DNA of 54,477 nt, from NCBI GenBank assembly GCA_050944155.1, contig JBMNQN010000007.1, positions 1 through 54,477 on the forward strand. The letters run 5' to 3'. This stretch comes from Candidatus Methanomethylophilaceae archaeon (GTDB taxonomy: Archaea > Thermoplasmatota > Thermoplasmata > Methanomassiliicoccales > Methanomethylophilaceae). Positions 50,381 to 54,477 of this stretch are shown one piece after another (the stretch's first letter is position 1; each line of letters opens with the position of its first letter). Below the pieces are notes generated by a model. It saw nothing but the letters and a program-made list of their open reading frames with translations, had not been told where the DNA came from and made no database searches. A program made the translations under genes and the position numbers.

Positions 50381-50464
50381 TGCTTGTGATTTGTGGTGTT
50401 TTCTGCTTGTGATTTGTGGTGTTTTCTGCTTGTGATTTGTGGTGTTTTCTGCTTGTGATTTGTG
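50381..50464. repeat. Perfect tandem repeat, 23-bp unit TGCTTGTGATTTGTGGTGTTTTC x3 + 15 bp
   Basis: Units at 50381, 50404, 50427 and partial at 50450-50464; no spacers. Confidence 0.97.
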
Positions 50465-50519
50465 ATAGGGATCAGAATAGACTGACAGAATTAAAATCAA
50501 ATACACGGATACGGAAAGG

Positions 50520-51161
50520 ATGATAAAGATAAACCGGGAACTGTGCAACGGATGCGGAGCCTGCGTGAATGCCTGTGCCGAGGGCGCACTGGCACTTGTT
50601 GACGGCAAAGCCAAGCTTGTGAGGGAAGATTACTGCGACGGTCTGGGCGCGTGTCTTCCGGTATGCCCCACGGGTGCGATTTCTTTCGGTGAAGAAGAAC
50701 GGAAACCGTCCGGCCCGAACAACGACATTTCTCTCATACGCAATACAGAATTTATGCCGTTTCCGGACGGGGCCGTTTCCGGAGGAGATCTGTCCAACTG
50801 GCCGATACAGATTAAACTGACCCCTGCCGTCTCTCCCCGTTACAATGAAGCGGATTTGCTGATTGCCGCCGACTGCACGGCATTCGCCTGCGGGGATTTT
50901 CACGAAAAATACATCAGAAACCGTGTCACCCTGATAGGCTGTCCGAAACTGGATTCCTGCGATTACAGCAAGAAGCTTACGGAAATACTGGCACATAACG
51001 ATGTCAGGTCCGTAACTTTGGTCAGAATGGAAGTCCCGTGCTGCGGAGGAATGGCTTACGCCGCAAAGAAAGCCCTGGAAGGAAGCGGAAAGAATCTCCC
51101 CCTCAGGACAATCGTTATTTCCCGGAACGGCACGGTTGTCAAAGAAGAAACCGTAAACTGA
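50520..51161 (+). CDS. 4Fe-4S ferredoxin-domain protein
   Basis: CNGCGACVNAC, CDGLGACLPVCP, LSNWPIQIKL, IGCPKLD, MEVPCCGG. Confidence 0.9.
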   Translation: MIKINRELCNGCGACVNACAEGALALVDGKAKLVREDYCDGLGACLPVCPTGAISFGEEERKPSGPNNDISLIRNTEFMPFPDGAVSGGDLSNWPIQIKLTPAVSPRYNEADLLIAADCTAFACGDFHEKYIRNRVTLIGCPKLDSCDYSKKLTEILAHNDVRSVTLVRMEVPCCGGMAYAAKKALEGSGKNLPLRTIVISRNGTVVKEETVN

Positions 51162-51202
51162 CACGCAGAACCGATTTATCTTCCGTCCGCTTATCGGGGT
51201 GC

Positions 51203-51736
51203 ATGAATATACTGCTCGTAAACGGAAGTCCCAGAAAAGACGGAAACACGTCCGCACTGGTAAATCAGTTCGTAAAGGAAACGTCGGACAGAGAACTTAA
51301 CGTAAAAACGGAATTCCTGTTCGACAAGAACATCAAAGGCTGCTCCAACTGCGGTTACTGCGTCAAACACAAAGGGGAATGCGCCGTAAAGGACTATATG
51401 CAGCCCCTCTTGGAAGAAATCAAAAACGCCGACTTAATCATAATAGCCAGTCCGATCTACATGTGGCAGTTTACGGCCTGCGTCAAAGCCTTCCTGGAGA
51501 GAATACACTGTCTCTCGGGATTCACCGAAGGAAAGAAACTTGCCGTTCTGACGACCATGGGAGACGACGAATTCGTCGCGTCTTACGCCGTAAGCGGAAT
51601 CGCCGATCTGTGCGAATACTACGGCATGAAGTATACGGCGTCCTTCGCCGTACCTTACGCCGACAAAGAACGCGTGACCGGCGAATTGTACTCCGTAATG
51701 CTGAAAGAATTCGCCGAAAGGATTCTTCAGTCGTAA
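51203..51736 (+). CDS. Flavodoxin family / iron-sulfur flavoprotein
   Basis: NGSPRKDGNT, CSNCGYC..C, ASPIY; ATG 51203. Confidence 0.88.
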   Translation: MNILLVNGSPRKDGNTSALVNQFVKETSDRELNVKTEFLFDKNIKGCSNCGYCVKHKGECAVKDYMQPLLEEIKNADLIIIASPIYMWQFTACVKAFLERIHCLSGFTEGKKLAVLTTMGDDEFVASYAVSGIADLCEYYGMKYTASFAVPYADKERVTGELYSVMLKEFAERILQS

Positions 51737-53028
51737 GTGCGCATATCGTTGACGTGGGAAGATTTTCCCTCGAATCTCTCCAGTGTTCCCGGAAGTACCA
51801 GACGTACGGAGGGCTTGATGTTCAGGACGTCCTTCATCCTGGCTTCCACGGCGCGGGTCATCTGTTCCACGGATACCGTGTCTTCGGTGAGACAGTCCTC
51901 CCTCAGTTCGGCTTCGACCACCATCCGGTCCATGAAATTCTCGTTGGTCAGTGTTATGCGGTAGAACGGCGAGACGAACGGAAATTCTCCCAGTACGCCT
52001 TCAACCTGGGACGGGAACACGTTGACTCCCTTCACGATCAGCATATCGTCCGTTCTTCCGGAAATGCGCATGAGTCTCGGGTGGGTGCGTCCGCATTCGC
52101 ATTTCTCCCACGTGAGCGCGGATATGTCCCCGATTCTGTAGCGTATAAGGGGGAAGGCTTCTTTTTGAAGCATGGTTACCACCAGCTCCCCTCTTTCCCC
52201 TTCGGCGCAGGGGTCTCCGTTCTTGTCGAGAACCTCTATGTACGCCAAATCGGCCCAGATGTGGAGTCCGCACTGTTTTTCGCATTCCAGGAACATGGGG
52301 CCGTAGAACTCGCTGGCTCCGTAGCAGTTGTGAACCCTTATTCCGGTTCTCTCCTGGATTTTCTGCCTCATGCTTTCCGACCAGGGTTCCCCTCCGGCGA
52401 TGGCTCTGCGCACTTTGGTGTCTCTTCTTATGTCCACGCCCATGCGGTCACACACGTCGGCTATGTGGAACAGATAAGACGGTGTGCCGGCGAAAGCGGT
52501 TATCGGAAGGTCCTGCATCATTTTGATCTGACGTTCGGTGTTTCCGGTGCTTATGGGAAGAACGGTAACGCCCATCCTCTGGGCGGCGTCGTGGACGCCG
52601 AGTCCTCCGGTGAACAGTCCGTAACCATGGAAATTCTGCAGGACGTCGTCTTTGCTCATTCCGAAAGAAACCATACCTCTGTCCAGAGATTCGGCCCAGT
52701 CGTCGAGATCTTTGCGGGTGTAGCCGACGACGGTGGGATTTCCGGTGGTTCCGGACGAAATGTGCAGACGCACCAAATCCCGATACGGTTTCACGAAATG
52801 ACGGTCGGGGTAGTTGTCCCTCAGGTCCTGTTTCGTCATGAACGGTACCTTCCTGAAATCCTCGAAGGAACCGATGTCTTCGGGAGTCAGTCCTGCGGCC
52901 CTCATACGGCTGTGTATCATCTCGGAAGAATCGTACATTATCTTCAGTCTGTTCTTTAAGAGAGAAAGCTGCAGCTTCTGCAATTCGTCCTTGGGCATCG
53001 TCTCTATTTTTTCGTTCCAGAAAGCCAT
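51727..53028 (-). CDS. paaK: Phenylacetate--CoA ligase
   Basis: HISSGTTGNP, GYGLFTGGLG, YGASE, PLIRYR, GRTDDML..GVNVFPSQ. Confidence 0.92.
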   Translation of the reverse strand: MAFWNEKIETMPKDELQKLQLSLLKNRLKIMYDSSEMIHSRMRAAGLTPEDIGSFEDFRKVPFMTKQDLRDNYPDRHFVKPYRDLVRLHISSGTTGNPTVVGYTRKDLDDWAESLDRGMVSFGMSKDDVLQNFHGYGLFTGGLGVHDAAQRMGVTVLPISTGNTERQIKMMQDLPITAFAGTPSYLFHIADVCDRMGVDIRRDTKVRRAIAGGEPWSESMRQKIQERTGIRVHNCYGASEFYGPMFLECEKQCGLHIWADLAYIEVLDKNGDPCAEGERGELVVTMLQKEAFPLIRYRIGDISALTWEKCECGRTHPRLMRISGRTDDMLIVKGVNVFPSQVEGVLGEFPFVSPFYRITLTNENFMDRMVVEAELREDCLTEDTVSVEQMTRAVEARMKDVLNIKPSVRLVLPGTLERFEGKSSHVNDMRTYD

Positions 53029-53117
53029 CTGACACACGCTCGGCCGTGCTATCAATTAGCACGATATCTGCACTAAAGGAGAACTCCCACTTATATTTTT
53101 AGGTTCGGAACTGCCGT

Positions 53118-54477
53118 TCAGCCGCTTCTCCTGCCGTGCATCATCGTATAAAAATACGCGGAAATGGTAATCAGACAGGCGCACAGTATGTAGATCCACC
53201 AGGAATGGGGTTCCTTCGACATCTGCATGCCGGAGTCGGAATTGCGCACCAATACCGTGATGTTCTTGGCATCGTCCGTTCCGTCGCTCCACTGGTAGTT
53301 GTCCTTATCCAGGAGATTTATCATTCCGCTGTAGGAACCGGGAACGGGGGAACTCAGCACCACTTCGTAAACGTCTCTTCCGGGGAAGTATCCGTTCTTG
53401 ACCTCGTCGGGAGTAAGCACGATGACTCCAGGGGGAACAACCTTGGCCTTGGCAATTTCCCACACTATCTTCCTGTCTCCGAAGGTTCCGTCGGGCCATA
53501 CGTACCCCTCGTCGAGGGTTGCGTACGCTTCGTAGGTTCCGGCATTTGTTCCGGTGATTTCTCCGTAGAGGGAGAATCCTTCCCCATCGAACACTCCGGT
53601 CTGTTCGGTCTTGTTGTACGACAGTCCTCCGACGGGTACTGGCACTTCCGCAACGGTATGGGTCGGGGTCACTGTGAAGGGAGCGAAGTTTTCCGCAACT
53701 GTGTAAGTTCCGTCCGCGGAAACTTCGTTTCCTTCGGCGTCGGTGATTACGTATCCTCCGACCGGCGGGTTTTCGGGAGTTACGGTTATGATTTCTCCGG
53801 TGCTGATTTCGTCGCCGGGCATGATCGGGTTGCCTTCGGCGTCGGCGAGGATTACGTCTCCTATGTCCTGCGGCACCGTTACGGGCACGGATGCGGATTC
53901 TATTTCGAAGGACGCGGAAGATACTGTGCCTTCGTAGTTTCCTGTACCGGTTACAATAATAGAGGCGGTGCCCGGATCGGTGTTGTCGGCGTAGGATACG
54001 TTAAAGTCCTCTGCGGGGACCAGTACGTTTCCGAAACGGTCGGTTACGGTTACTCCGGGCTCTATCGGATGTCCAGTGTATATGTAGGAAGAGGCATCCG
54101 GGACTGTAACGAGCATGCCTTCGTATACGGTTATTACGAAGGTTCCGTTAACGAAAGATACGGCGTAGTTGCCCTGTTCTGCGGCTCCGGACGGGGTTAT
54201 GACGTACTCGCCCACGTTTTCGCCGTCAGTTCTGGTCAGGGTGTAGACTATGGGGTCGTCGTTCAGGTTTCCGGCAACCATTGCAGTGAATTCGGGGTCA
54301 GCATTTCCGTAGGTCTTAGAGACGTCGTCGGCCCTAACGGTCACGGACTTCTTGGATATGACGTAGGCTGCGGTCTGTTCTCCGCTGTAGTTTCCTGTTC
54401 CGGTTACGGTCGCCGTGTAGGTTCCCGCGGCGAGGGGCGTGGCGTTCCAGGATACGGTGTAGTCGACGCCTTCCTGA
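53118..54477 (-). CDS. C-terminal part of a large adhesin-like surface protein (MBG-type Ig repeats, C-terminal TM anchor)
   Basis: VTVRADDVSKTYGNADPEFT..GENVGEYVITPSG..NY.VSFVNGTFVIT; YTG.PI.P.VTV..G.GNY.G repeat; hydrophobic anchor plus basic tail; frame open past the window end. Confidence 0.85.
   Translation of the reverse strand, partial: QEGVDYTVSWNATPLAAGTYTATVTGTGNYSGEQTAAYVISKKSVTVRADDVSKTYGNADPEFTAMVAGNLNDDPIVYTLTRTDGENVGEYVITPSGAAEQGNYAVSFVNGTFVITVYEGMLVTVPDASSYIYTGHPIEPGVTVTDRFGNVLVPAEDFNVSYADNTDPGTASIIVTGTGNYEGTVSSASFEIESASVPVTVPQDIGDVILADAEGNPIMPGDEISTGEIITVTPENPPVGGYVITDAEGNEVSADGTYTVAENFAPFTVTPTHTVAEVPVPVGGLSYNKTEQTGVFDGEGFSLYGEITGTNAGTYEAYATLDEGYVWPDGTFGDRKIVWEIAKAKVVPPGVIVLTPDEVKNGYFPGRDVYEVVLSSPVPGSYSGMINLLDKDNYQWSDGTDDAKNITVLVRNSDSGMQMSKEPHSWWIYILCACLITISAYFYTMMHGRRSG

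Noticed and set aside
50324-50614. 96-aa ORF spanning the second repeat array
   Set aside because: Repeat period is not a multiple of 3, it overlaps a real gene antisense, and it has no motif

Overview
Chromosomal window from a methanogenic archaeon, most likely a host-associated Methanomassiliicoccales member. Support: archaeal rps19e/rpl31e/rpl39e/eIF6, RFC-L, Taw1, archaeal LeuRS, 7S SRP RNA, methanogenesis marker 2, Sel1 and adhesin-like proteins, and no TAG stop in any called gene. Most content is housekeeping: nrdD, pst operon with fused pstCA, phoU, iorAB, phenylacetate-CoA ligase, XPD, tRNA-Ser, tRNA-Leu. The standout signal is two paralogous AAA_14/DUF4143-type ATPase-nuclease genes (2060-3309, 49075-50346). 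Each has immediately upstream an exactly 84-bp perfect tandem array of a 23-bp unit (3 units + 15 bp). The two units differ but share a TGnGnTTTGTnnnnnTTTC skeleton, suggesting an iteron-like single-gene cassette. Other points: an A6 frameshift in one copy, an apparent GCG start for RFC-L, an RHH gene plus truncated FtsZ-like gene with a triple palindromic operator, a PdxK-GNAT fusion and a UGAC SRP helix-8 loop. All family assignments come from motif recognition, not database searches.
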